This document shows positions 47,475 to 58,628 of a DNA stretch of 64,000 bases, piece after piece. Both the position numbers and the translations under genes were made by a program. How positions within the stretch are numbered: position 1 is the first letter of the stretch; every line of letters starts with the position of its first letter. The notes below the pieces were generated by a model. The model saw only the letters and a program-made list of their open reading frames with translations. It was not told the origin of the DNA and did not search any database. This DNA is from Lepidodermella squamata (lineage: Eukaryota; Animalia; Gastrotricha), in NCBI GenBank assembly GCA_047495785.1, contig JBLDXI010000028.1, positions 1,550,001-1,614,000 on the forward strand. Reading direction: 5' to 3'.

Positions 47475-48659
47475 TCATCGATCCGAGTATTGCAAAACAT
47501 TCAGCAAAGCATGAATATTGATTGAGACGAATAACGCGAAGGCGACGGAAAAGCCGAAAAAATCGACGATTCTAGCTCTAGTAAGCGTGATGAGATGGAA
47601 AAGTTTAACGCCTTCATAGAACCATGACTGCCAAGCTTGACAAGCGCCGCTTGTTGCTAGGCCGTAAATCACACACATCCAAGAAAGAACAGCGCAAAAA
47701 TCTGTGTAATTATTCAGAAAATTTCGATCTGGCTTTGCAGGTATCATATCTGTGATTTGTGCCTGGAATACAGTCTCGGCTAGTAGGATTGTGATCATGA
47801 AAGCTGGTCTATCCGGTTGAATAGGGTCCATCATGAAAGCCATCACCTCTAGTGCCGCGAGCATCCCGCAAGGTATCATCAGATGAGATACGTAATAAGC
47901 CGGATTGCGGTTGAAAACCAATGAAAAGACTACGAAGGGCGTAAACTCGGTTCCGATTTGGTTATTGCTCAAATTTTGCCAATTTTTTAGAAGCCATGTG
48001 TTGTCTAGAGCTAAACTCCATGCTGGCATATCGTCTAGGCCCCATTTTGACGTGTTAAATCTGACTACACTATTAGAAGTTTCGACCTCGAACCGTAGAG
48101 AGCAGTTGGCAGTGTCGAAGGGGAACTCGACGAAGTCCATCTCGCATTTCGTGTTGAAAGTACCGTAGATATTCATTTGAAACTTCAGAACGTGTTCTTC
48201 GCGCAACGAGACGTAGAACCGTCGAGAAAATCCGTCAACCATAGAGTAAGCATTCAAGGTGTTTGAGTGAGTAATGTAAGGTGTCCAGAAGTCGCCCTCA
48301 TTTATGTTCAGTAGACGAGCGCCGAAATTTGTCATCAACTTGGGGCAAACAACTTCCCAGTTGTAACTGAACGATCCCGATATCAGCATAGATTCACCCA
48401 GGTCGCTTATCTCTAGCACGAAATTCGGAGCGAAATTGGAGTTTAGCTGTAGTGGCTTGCAGTGAGGTGTTTTATTATTTGGGCATTCTGGGGAGTACCA
48501 TTGAGGTGATAGCTTGGGGCATGCCGTCAGAATTTCTACGCTTAATCCGTTCCGAAATGTGTCCATCGTTGGTTTCTCGGTCATGTTGTCAAAGTAAGAT
48601 GCCACGCACTGGCAAAGTAGTTGAAAAAATGTTAACCTTGATGCCTTGATTAGAGTCAT
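47475..48659 (-). CDS. Divergent intronless Cys-loop LGIC subunit (M2 Glu11' subfamily)
   Basis: Cys-loop CEMDFVEFPFDTANC; FWTPYITHSN; M2 PDRPAFMITILLAETVF. Confidence 0.93.
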   Translation of the reverse strand: MTLIKASRLTFFQLLCQCVASYFDNMTEKPTMDTFRNGLSVEILTACPKLSPQWYSPECPNNKTPHCKPLQLNSNFAPNFVLEISDLGESMLISGSFSYNWEVVCPKLMTNFGARLLNINEGDFWTPYITHSNTLNAYSMVDGFSRRFYVSLREEHVLKFQMNIYGTFNTKCEMDFVEFPFDTANCSLRFEVETSNSVVRFNTSKWGLDDMPAWSLALDNTWLLKNWQNLSNNQIGTEFTPFVVFSLVFNRNPAYYVSHLMIPCGMLAALEVMAFMMDPIQPDRPAFMITILLAETVFQAQITDMIPAKPDRNFLNNYTDFCAVLSWMCVIYGLATSGACQAWQSWFYEGVKLFHLITLTRARIVDFFGFSVAFALFVSINIHALLNVLQYSDR

Positions 48660-49287
48660 AACGATGAAAAATTATTGATATCTCACTCAATCTGGACAAG
48701 CATGCGAGCACAAAGCATATACAGATTAAAAGAGGAAGTGCATTCCATTCTCTTTATTTATTTTATTTTATTGAACAAAAACCAAACAATTCGAGGTTTC
48801 GTTCTTTCGCCATGATTATTGAATATCAAGCTTAATAATAATAGGAGTATGACTTATTTACAATTGTTGATTTTTCGATTCTAACATGTGCATAATAGAA
48901 GAGAAATAAGAATAACAGCCACCTTTGGTCATTGATTGAGTTGACCGTTTGCTGATTAAACTGGTAGGGATCGTCCCCAACATCCCTAGCGGTACTTCAC
49001 TCTCTGATAATGGAACTAAATTGCCAGCCCGCAGTTTTTGAGATTTCAGCTAAATGATGGATGAGTAAATTTGCATACACTGCAATAAGATTTGCCCAGA
49101 TATCTTCCCTCTCAATCGATACATCTGTATTCTCGTTGAAATTCCAAAACATAAACCCCAACTCAGTGAGAGCATAAAACTCATAAAATGTCGAGAAAAT
49201 TATAATTGAAGCATTGGTATTGACTTTTCTCCACGCATCATGTTTATTTGATTAGGTACTTGATATTTAATTTAGAGAAAAGTCATT

Positions 49288-50412
49288 TCAAAATTCCGAT
49301 CCTATAGCCACAGAGGTGACATAAGTCATGATGATGGTAAACATGAGAGAACCGACGAGAAAAGCTGCAGAATCAATAACACGGCCGCACGAGATATTGA
49401 ACATGCTCTTCTCTTCAAACAACAGCGACTCATACCAGACTTTGTACGAACGCGCGAGACCACACGTCACAAGGGTATACACAGTCAAAACACATGACAA
49501 TAACTCGCACAGATTGGTAAAGTTGCTCAGAAGATCAAAGCCTGGCTTAGCGGGCAAATGATGCGTTATCTCAATTTGCATGACAGTAAGAGCAAGCAAG
49601 ATAGTAACAGCGAAAACAGGCCTATCAGGCATTGAAGGCTGCATGCAGAGAGCGACGAGCTCGAACAGCGTCAACCCAGCCGTTGGTATCATGAGATTCC
49701 AAATGAAGAACTTTGGCTCCCTTCGAATGAGGAATTTGAAGGAGAGGTCTTTTCTATCGACTTTTTTCTCCGGCTCCCCGATCATTACCCAATTTTCGTC
49801 GCCATTCTGGAAATCTTCCGTGAAATTTACTTCCACGGATGTGAATCTAGCAGCCAATTCTCCGACTTTGAGGCTAAAGTCGACAGAACATTTCTGCGAG
49901 TCGAAAGGGAACAGCGTTATGTCGAGATCGCACGTCGAATAGAAAACGCCCCATCGCGTCCATTCAAACGAGACTCTGGGCGGTTTTACGTTGATGCTCA
50001 TGAGCGACGTAAAGCCTTCCATTCCAATGTTTTCCAGCGCGTTCTGGTGGTAGACTCGAGGTTTCCAGAAGATGTTCTCGTCTGGGAAGAAGTAGCCCTC
50101 ATTTTGCTTCGGCAGTCCTTTACAATCGACGTACCATGTCATCGAAACTTCAGCTAGCAGCTTGAAGTACTGCTCAACATCGTCCACGCCATCAATTTTC
50201 GAAATGCGGAATTTCATTGTCACATCGGTATTTGTACAAGGCTTGTCGGCGGTTGTTCTGTTGCTAACGCAAGTTGGCGAGTATGATTCCGATGACAGCT
50301 GGGTGCAATTTCCAAGTAGGTAGTGACTTCTTGGATGGGTGGTGAATTCGACTTCCTTTTGAGGGGCTACGAAGCCGATCAAGCCTAGGCAGAAGCAGCC
50401 AACTAACAGCAT
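49288..50412 (-). CDS. Divergent intronless Cys-loop LGIC subunit (KPG subfamily)
   Basis: Cys-loop CDLDITLFPFDSQKC; FWKPRVYHQN; M2 PDRPVFAVTILLAL; M2-M3 loop PAKPGF. Confidence 0.93.
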   Translation of the reverse strand: MLLVGCFCLGLIGFVAPQKEVEFTTHPRSHYLLGNCTQLSSESYSPTCVSNRTTADKPCTNTDVTMKFRISKIDGVDDVEQYFKLLAEVSMTWYVDCKGLPKQNEGYFFPDENIFWKPRVYHQNALENIGMEGFTSLMSINVKPPRVSFEWTRWGVFYSTCDLDITLFPFDSQKCSVDFSLKVGELAARFTSVEVNFTEDFQNGDENWVMIGEPEKKVDRKDLSFKFLIRREPKFFIWNLMIPTAGLTLFELVALCMQPSMPDRPVFAVTILLALTVMQIEITHHLPAKPGFDLLSNFTNLCELLSCVLTVYTLVTCGLARSYKVWYESLLFEEKSMFNISCGRVIDSAAFLVGSLMFTIIMTYVTSVAIGSEF

Positions 50413-50945
50413 TATGGTTGATGGTTCGTGTCAAAAGCGACGAAAATGCGAAGCTTGAATCACGAAAAATTTAATTTCATACACCCAGCTTTACATGCGA
50501 TCTACCGGAAATTGTTGACAGCGGAAGTGCAGCGAGACTTCATACTTTTCGAACACGAAGGCTCTCGAAGCGCTGGAGTAAAATTTATCAAACATCGATT
50601 GCAAATTTTTGGAAGCTTCTGCTTTAAAATTACTGGTGGGAGTGCAGCATGGTTGATTCGAAAAATCAATCAACTACGTATCTTATGAGATGGGTGAATA
50701 GAACAAGATTATCGACAAAATTTCGAACTTAGCCATGAAACTATAAAAAAAGCGATTGTGAATTTGAATAAAATTCTTAATGCCTCCAACCTGAAACCGT
50801 GGAAACAATTCAGATTCAGTGAACTTTCCCAATCGTCAGTAAGTACCAAGGCCTGGCACTCATTATTAACAACTTGTTTTATTCATTGTTGTGTATTGTG
50901 TGACAATTTTTAACCAAAATAAAACCAAAGACATTTATAAGATGT

Positions 50946-52118
50946 TCATCTCTGATGGTTAATCGTTGCAATCGCATAGCCATTGATCAACGCGAAACTG
51001 ACAGCCGCGATCGTGCTTGCAACACAGTCACAAATCCTCGCTCTAGTTACTCGCAGAAACCCGAACGTTTTCTTCTCCTTATAAAACCATGACTTCCAAG
51101 CTTGGCATGCCCCGCAGGCTGCTAGGCCGTACAAAACGCAGAGCCAGGAAAAAATCGCGCAATAGTCAGTGTAGTTATTCAAAAAGGTTCTTTCGGGTTT
51201 CGCTGGAATTCTATCCATTATCTGGGCTTGGAAAACTGTCTCGGCGAGAAGCATAGTCACCATGAAAGCTGGCCTGTCCGGCTGAATCGGATCCATTAAA
51301 AAGGCTGCCAGTTCCAAGGATGCAAGCATTCCACATGGGATCATAAGAGTCGCGACATAGTACGACGGATTCCGTTTAAGAAGAAGCGAAAATGTTGCGA
51401 AACTCCTATAATCGTGATCCGCGACTCCAGTCATCCATGACATCAGCATCCAACTCTTCTCGAGGCTACCACCCCACGCTTCCATGTCGACGAGAACCCA
51501 AGCAGAGCTGTTGTAGTGAACTACGTCATTTGCAGTCTCGACATTAAAGATCAAAGAGCAATTCGCCGCGTCAAATGGAAAGTCTTCGAAAGACATGATG
51601 CATTTCGTTTCGAATCTGCCGTAGATGTGCAGGTTGAACTCTAGAAGACCATTATGTTGAATGCTGATAAAGAAACGCCGCAAAAATCCGCTGTGCATAC
51701 CGAAATCGGTCAATGTGTTTGCATGAGTAACGAACGGCTTCCAGAAATCGCCCTTCTCTGCATTAATCACCGAAGAGTTGCGGGTATTATTGTACAGTGG
51801 GCACTCAACGTACCACAAAATGACCAAGAAGCCTGATATTGACATAGATTCTTCGAGGTTGTTGATTTCATGGAAGAATCTTGGCGTGAATTCAGCTCGT
51901 AACTGAGTTGCTCGGCAGCTCGATGTACCTTTATTTGGGCAGTCTGGGGCATAGCGTTGGGGCGAAAGTTTCGGGCAGGCTACCAAGATCTCATCTGCCA
52001 TTTCTTTCCGAATCGACTCGGCTTCGCGGTAGAAACTCTCTTCTGTCACATCAAGATTTGAGACCACCAAGACAAGGCCAAGTAAATTCTTCAGTCGATG
52101 TCGGCCTGAACACATCAT
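50946..52118 (-). CDS. Divergent intronless Cys-loop LGIC subunit (M2 Glu11' subfamily)
   Basis: Cys-loop CIMSFEDFPFDAANC; FWKPFVTHAN; M2 PDRPAFMVTMLLAETVF. Confidence 0.92.
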   Translation of the reverse strand: MMCSGRHRLKNLLGLVLVVSNLDVTEESFYREAESIRKEMADEILVACPKLSPQRYAPDCPNKGTSSCRATQLRAEFTPRFFHEINNLEESMSISGFLVILWYVECPLYNNTRNSSVINAEKGDFWKPFVTHANTLTDFGMHSGFLRRFFISIQHNGLLEFNLHIYGRFETKCIMSFEDFPFDAANCSLIFNVETANDVVHYNSSAWVLVDMEAWGGSLEKSWMLMSWMTGVADHDYRSFATFSLLLKRNPSYYVATLMIPCGMLASLELAAFLMDPIQPDRPAFMVTMLLAETVFQAQIMDRIPAKPERTFLNNYTDYCAIFSWLCVLYGLAACGACQAWKSWFYKEKKTFGFLRVTRARICDCVASTIAAVSFALINGYAIATINHQR

Positions 52119-55111
52119 ATAAAATTCATACCTAAAGGGAGAACATTTCGATCACACTTCATTCATTTACAAATAGAAAAATAAGATTTGCTTATTATTC
52201 ATCTAGAAGCGATCAACTCGACGCTAATGGCTCTGCTTTCATGAATTAATGCACTACACGCTACTGCAGGATGTTTGCATGAATAGCTTCATACAAGGCG
52301 AAAGGCGCGAGGCAAGGTCGAACATTTCTCAGCTCATTTCTTTGCATTGAGCCAGAACAATTCACAGAGCGTTGTTTCTTATACCGTGTATTTAGTATGG
52401 AGGCTCCGTCGAACAAATTGACTTTTTTCGACCAATTATGAAGTTGAAAAGCGGCAGTCATTCACTGCAGCCTTTATTCGAGGGAAGCATTCATTTCCCC
52501 CAGTTTGGCTTTTTTTACAATTGGTGAATAAAATGTTAGCTTCTTATCGCAAGGGGTCACATCTATCAAACTTTGATTGCACATGAAAATAATCAAAAAC
52601 TACTTATAGAAGTTATAGGTTATAGTTATATACTTCTACAATACTATAGTTGCCCCGAGGTAAATCACTTCGATTTTTCCCCGACTTCGTAGGATTCGCC
52701 AGCTTTTTAACGAATTTTGGCGAATTTCTATAAATGCACATTTTTTCCAACTTGGATTCCGGGTGCTACCTGAGAATAGTTGATATAACAATTTGAGAAA
52801 AGGTGGTGTCTAAATTGTGGTCCACGCATGAATATGCCGCCTTGGTAATGATATAATATATCAACTATTCCATTGTAATTTCTAAAATAATAACCATCGG
52901 CCGACATAAGTGTTGGTTAAACGCGAACAGCGCGGTAGTTAACGCAGTGCTCACTTCCCACTATCGATGTATATTAATATCTCAATTTCCCTAGATAACA
53001 TGCCACTACATAACGCAGAAAAACGTTGTATACCACGGGCAGCAAGGGGTATACACAATTATTAATATTTCCAGTGCATGCGGTTATATTAGCGATTATA
53101 CGAGTGCGGCTTAATCAATGCGAACATCTAGAAATTATATTGATTTTTCGGCGTTAATTCTACAAATTACCGTATCACTTGAACTTGAGAAAGCTTTTTT
53201 GAATTTAAATTACACACCATTGTTTAGTCCCTGCACAGATGTGCGAAAAATTAGCAGATACGCTTTTTCATCAACGGTCACGGATAAAGAATATCGGCTC
53301 TTCGTATCGTATCGTAATACGCAACAATGATTTGCGTGATAAAATTGGAAGATGAAAATGTTATGATGACCAGCACATATCACAAAACAAAATTGTCCTA
53401 TCCGGCACTGCTGTTAGGATATCATGCTATAGGATTTCCCGTGCTTGCTGAGTGGTGAAAGCTAATCTGCACCAGTCATTCTTATAGGCGGTTTCATTTT
53501 TGCTTGCCATATTTTTTGGTCTTCTTTGTTTCGGCCCTATTCTTTTGCCCAGTCATTTGAAATGGGCTTTGTGTGTGTAACGCACAGCAAACATTTCTGA
53601 GTTTTTGATTTTCTCGATTGGAAAGAAATAAAAAAAACACTGCTCGATCGCCGTTCGAGTATGAACGGAATAATGAAATTCGGCAACATCCAAAATCAGT
53701 ATTCTTCAAAAGGAGACGCACAAATTTCACAAGCTGTGAACTACCAAAGTCCAAATTCCGGAATCGTCGTTATGGCCGTAAAATAATGATAAATGCAGCA
53801 ACTTGTTGTCTTTTGATGTCGTTTAATGATCATTATTGAGGGTTGGCGGGTCTCATCTTTTGCAACATTTTGTTCTCCTTCAAATCAAGGCCATTCAAAT
53901 GATACAAACTTATAGAATAGGCCGCTCACTCCGAGAAGTTAAGAGTTAGGATGATATTGTAATTTTTCAGTTTCGCAGCTACAAGTTATTTTTAGTGAGA
54001 ATCACTCGTGGTGAATATTTTCATTTCCTGGTAAATAGAGGATCAGATATTCCTTGCCCTCGGGAGTTATCGGGAGTAGTTTGTTTATCGACACCATTTA
54101 CGAAGCAGCAATGTTTTCCCTACTCATTACATTCTTGTGCATCTTCTCAAGCTTGCAATTCTCGAAGATAGCGAACGCTAGAAGTATAGCTTTGCTGAAT
54201 AAGTGCAGTCACATGTCGGTTGAATCTATGAATCCGAACTGCAATACAAGCAGCAGTTTTGCCTACTCCGACCGTTCCTGCACCCCGACGCCTGTTGAGT
54301 TTACCTTGGTTGTCATTCGCAACTACGGAATCGACGATGTTGCTCAGAGCTTCAGGTTACTGGTCAGCATTCAAGTTTCTTGGACTGTCGGATGCACAGA
54401 ACTGAGAAAGTATGCAGGGGAACTGTTCTATCCGAATGCCTCGCTTTTCTGGACACCTCAGATATATCACGATAATTCCATGTACGATCCAACTATGAAG
54501 CAGTTTCATAGCGGACTACTTCTCAAATCACAAGGTGGGGGCGCGGCATTTCAGAGGACGCTGTTTGGCATAATAACTTCCCAATGTGACATTGACCTAT
54601 CGAATTTCCCTTTTGACAACCAAACATGTTCAATCCAACTTCGCATGGGAAATAGACTGCAAGATGCCGGTTTTAGTGGGATCGGCGAAGGTACCCCCGG
54701 TTCTGCTAAATACTTTGACAACTGGGAGTTAATGGAGGTCAGAAAACGAGCAGTTCTTCGCGGTCGAAATTATCATGAGCCTATTTTTGAATTTACATTC
54801 AGACGACGACCCGACTTTTATGTTCGGTTTTTAATGATCCCCTGCATCATCTTGACGTTGATGCAGTTTCTCTCACTCGCCATCCACGCGACCAGGCCTG
54901 TGAGACCAGGCTTTGCGATCACCGTTCTTCTCGCTATGGCTGTTTTGAGGCTTGAAGTAAGCCAACGGACACCAGCTAAGCCAGGACGGATGCTACTAAC
55001 AGATTTCACGCGCTCCTGTGAACTATTGACGCTGATGATCACTCTGTACGCATTCTTAACATACTATATGGTAAAAAATTACTCCATGTGGTTTAATCGA
55101 AATGTAATAGT

Positions 55112-58100
55112 CGTCACGTTGCGTTTGAAAGGGGCCGCTATTTTATTTTTATTACGACAATTAAATATAAATACCGAATATGGCTCAAATTTTATATAAT
55201 TTTACTCCTCTCGCGATGACCTATACAATGATGCAGGTGGTATTCACCTAACTACTTTCGTTGTAATTCAAACCTGGATTTAATTTAACCGTGTTTTTCA
55301 TTTATTATCAAGACAGATTCACAATATTTCTATTATTAATATTCTTGACATCAGTTCCGCCCAATGGGAGTCGGCTAATCAATTGCCGTTTTTGATCGAT
55401 CTGACGGCTCCCGCTGGGCAGATCGCGGTCAAGTGAGAAAGGCCCTTTCATGAGTCAGGGTGAATTTATCATCCTACCGAAAAAAAAACCGAAACATCTC
55501 CACGATAGTCTATGTCAAGTTCATGTGGGGATCAATTTTCCATGTTAAAACATATGATGTTCTTGCATGAACTTTACATAAACCACGCATCAAATCGTAC
55601 ATGAATGTGTGATGGAAATAGCAATATCATGTCATGTTTATATGATGAAAAACATTATATTTTTATGTTTCTGCGGCACACGTTCATGTCAAGTTCTTGC
55701 AAGATCTCACACGGTCTTGCAGGTTCCTGTGTGGACGTCAACGTGGACGTTTTCTTCGATTCCTCCACCGAATCCTGACAATTGAGGCAAAATTTCGATC
55801 GCTAAGTTTCAACTCCAACTGTTTGAGAACTTGAGTTTCTAACTTCAACAGAGGCCTGAGCTGCTTTTTCACGCAATAACGCTCTTAGACAACATTGATT
55901 TTTATTAACTCATTGACTGCCAAGGCCCCGATGTATCGGTTTTTCCTAGGAGAAACACTAATATCTCCACTAATATTTGAAATGTTCTGCGGTTCACTGT
56001 GTAAACAATAGGCGCGGTGGGTGCGGGTAACAATGTAAACAATAATATCCACGCATCGCGCGCTACCGCGCTGCAGTCCTGTGTCACGTGCCGGCTGTTT
56101 GCTTTGTTCGATTATTAGAGCGATCGATCTAGGGGAACGAATAACGAATTCGAATTATTACGCCTGTTATGATAAACTTCAACAAATGCCGCGAGTATCA
56201 TGAAATTCGAGCCAGTGACATATTTGGCTGGTTTTATATTAAATTTAGCTATCACTGTGATATCTCACCCTGCGCGCTTTATTTTCACCTAATAGCTGCT
56301 TTTAGTCCCAAGGTTACGTAACCGTCAAAAAGTCATTTTCGGCCGGGTATGGGCGTAGCACTTTTTCGCGTCGACGACAAATTCGTGATATTAATTTCGA
56401 CTTTTTAGCAGATCTTTTAAAATTTGCCTGAAGCGGTTCTGCATTTCAAAAAATTTCAAATAAATATTTCGGGCGATTCTATACCGCTATTTCCGATTAA
56501 TTTTTCATAAAAATAGCATACCGTATTTGTTCCAATAGCAGCCCGGGCTAGTAAATTTTCAACCTGGAAATGTTGAAAATTTCAAAAAAATGTGAATCGT
56601 TCATTTTTGATGCTTTCGAACTGAATTGACCCCTCAACCGTGTGCTACCATTAGGGATGGGCGATTATTGGATTGGCTATGGGCTACTATTGGATCAATT
56701 ACGGCAATCTTGGGAATTACGAAAATGAATATAAATTAGGAACTTTTGGCTCGGCTTTTGAGGCAGATAATTGGTTCGTGATTATTCTCGCGGAAATCTG
56801 GAAGCATCCTGGCAAAATAGTAGTATCGGACATCGGACGACGTAGTATTTTCGCAGATTTATTTTCGCGACTACGGCAGGATGTTCGGTTTTAATATGTA
56901 ACGGTAAAGCTGCTCGGTTTAAATGATGGGGTTACTCGAGCCATGAAAATTTTACCCTCTGTGTTTGATTCTGGATTTTTGCGTATTGGTAAGATAAATT
57001 CACCCTGACTCATGAAAGGGCCTTTCTCACTTGACCGCGATCTGCCCAGCGGGAGCCGTCAGATCGATCAAAAACGGCAATTGATTAGCCGACTCCCATT
57101 GGGCGGAACTGATGTCAAGAATATTAATAATAGAAATATTGTGAATCTGTCTTGATAATAAATGAAAAACACGGTTAAATTAAATCCAGGTTTGAATTAC
57201 AACGAAAGTAGTTAGGTGAATACCACCTGCATCATTGTATAGGTCATCGCGAGAGGAGTAAAATTATATAAAATTTGAGCCATATTCGGTATTTATATTT
57301 AATTGTCGTAATAAAAGTATACCCCGGTACTCTAAATAGTAAATGGTGTTTTAATCGAAACTAGTGCAGAAAAGCGCCCCGGCACAGGCGAACCCGGAAA
57401 ACCAGACAACTGAGAACCCTTGCAAAGGGCTCCCGAAGCCGGTTTCCCGGACCCGCCTGGGCCGGGGCGCGTCTCTGCGCTAGTTTCATACTACTACTGA
57501 AGCGGAAAAGCGGCATAACTACGAGCTGGACGAGATGAGCTGAGCCGGAAAAATCATGGAACCACCTCTTTGGGTGAAGCGAAGATCGCCGCGCTGTCTG
57601 TTTTGCATATGCAAGACAGTTTTTATTGCGAAAACTTCCTAACAGTGCAGCGAATTTAGTGCTAAGAGATCGCTCCCGGCTCGTGTAGCTTGTTTTTTTT
57701 GTCAAATTGCACGCGCGCACAGCTTTTTTTGCACACAAGCAAGTATGCATATGCAAATAATTGACCAGGAAGTAACGTAACCCATCGTAGCATGGGGCCT
57801 CAAGAAAAAATTATCAAATAAATTTCCATATCATAAAATGTTCTCCCGCCCGAACTTATGACGCAACACAAAAAACTACCAAGACCGGCTCACATGCTCG
57901 CTCCGCTCGCATGGTAATGGGGTTAAGTATTAAGTCAGTGTGTGCGTGACTGTCAGCTATCAGCTAAAATCTCTGACTTAGCGTATTTTCTCGAAGAGCA
58001 GCGCAGCAAAAAAAATGCAAAAAAACGTCGTCAATAATATGAATCATAGCTTGATTAAAGCACCATTTACTCGATTAAAGCACCATTTACCACTAAAATA

Positions 58101-58127
58101 GCGGCCCCTTTCAAACGCAACGTGACG
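55112..58127. mobile_element. Non-autonomous TIR DNA transposon with 4-bp TSD (outer element)
   Basis: Perfect 34-bp TIRs CGTCACGTTGCGTTTGAAAGGGGCCGCTATTTTA (55112-55145) and its reverse complement (58094-58127). TSD TAGT at 55108-55111 and 58128-58131. Subterminal GATTAAAGCACCATTTAC occurs twice at 58053-58090. Confidence 0.9.
55147..57316. mobile_element. Nested long-TIR (foldback-like) element with 324-bp inverted repeats
   Basis: 55147-55470 is the reverse complement of 56993-57316 (no mismatch noticed by eye). It is inserted immediately inside the left TIR of the outer element. No transposase ORF; the TSD is unclear (possibly TA). Confidence 0.88.
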
Positions 58128-58628
58128 TAGTTCTTGGGCGATTCAAGCTGTCTCGAAATAGACTGATGGATATTGCAGCCTGTTCGTTTTCGTTCATCGC
58201 CTTCAGTTTAATTTGCATTTTCGTCATCAGTCTGTTCGGTAAACCGAGATCTATTTTACAAGAACGAGACCATCAGAAGCCACAGAGAGCTCGACAAGGA
58301 CCTTTGAGAATCTCAACAAGAAAAAAACGTATTAAAAGAATTTTTTTATTTTCGTCGAGCCTATAACGGGGTTTAAAGTTTTCACAGATCATTGAATCTT
58401 GAAATATCTTATCTTCAAGAACGTTTTGCTAAACGATGCTGAATCATAATAGCTGAATCATAATACCCGGCAGCTCATCCTTACAAGCTCCAAAGTATTT
58501 GTTCTAGTTAGTAGGTTACAGAGCAATATCCGCTGATATGATTTGTTTTGTATGGATTTTTCATGGATGAGAAATCCATATCACGACCTCACTCATACGT
58601 AAGCGGCTAGCTCATCATTGTTGAAAAA

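Larger units (their letters stand above)
54111..58366 (+). pseudogene. Cys-loop LGIC subunit gene interrupted between M3 and M4 by a transposon
   Basis: ATG 54111; Cys-loop CDIDLSNFPFDNQTC; M1-M3 run to 55111. Removing 55112-58131 restores the frame WFNRNVIVLGRFKLSRNRLMDIAACSFSFIAFSLICIF, which aligns with WFNTNAIVIGKWKASRNRVCDAIACSTSLMAFSLV of the 59940 paralogue. Confidence 0.9.

Noticed and set aside
52540-53900. Possible MITE/Crypton-like fragments (short inverted repeat gaatagttgatata / tatatcaactattc at ~52773-52869)
   Set aside because: No definable boundaries or TSD; a repeat library search is needed.
57361-57756. 131-aa ORF inside the transposon as a transposase
   Set aside because: No DDE or DNA-binding motif and it is too short.
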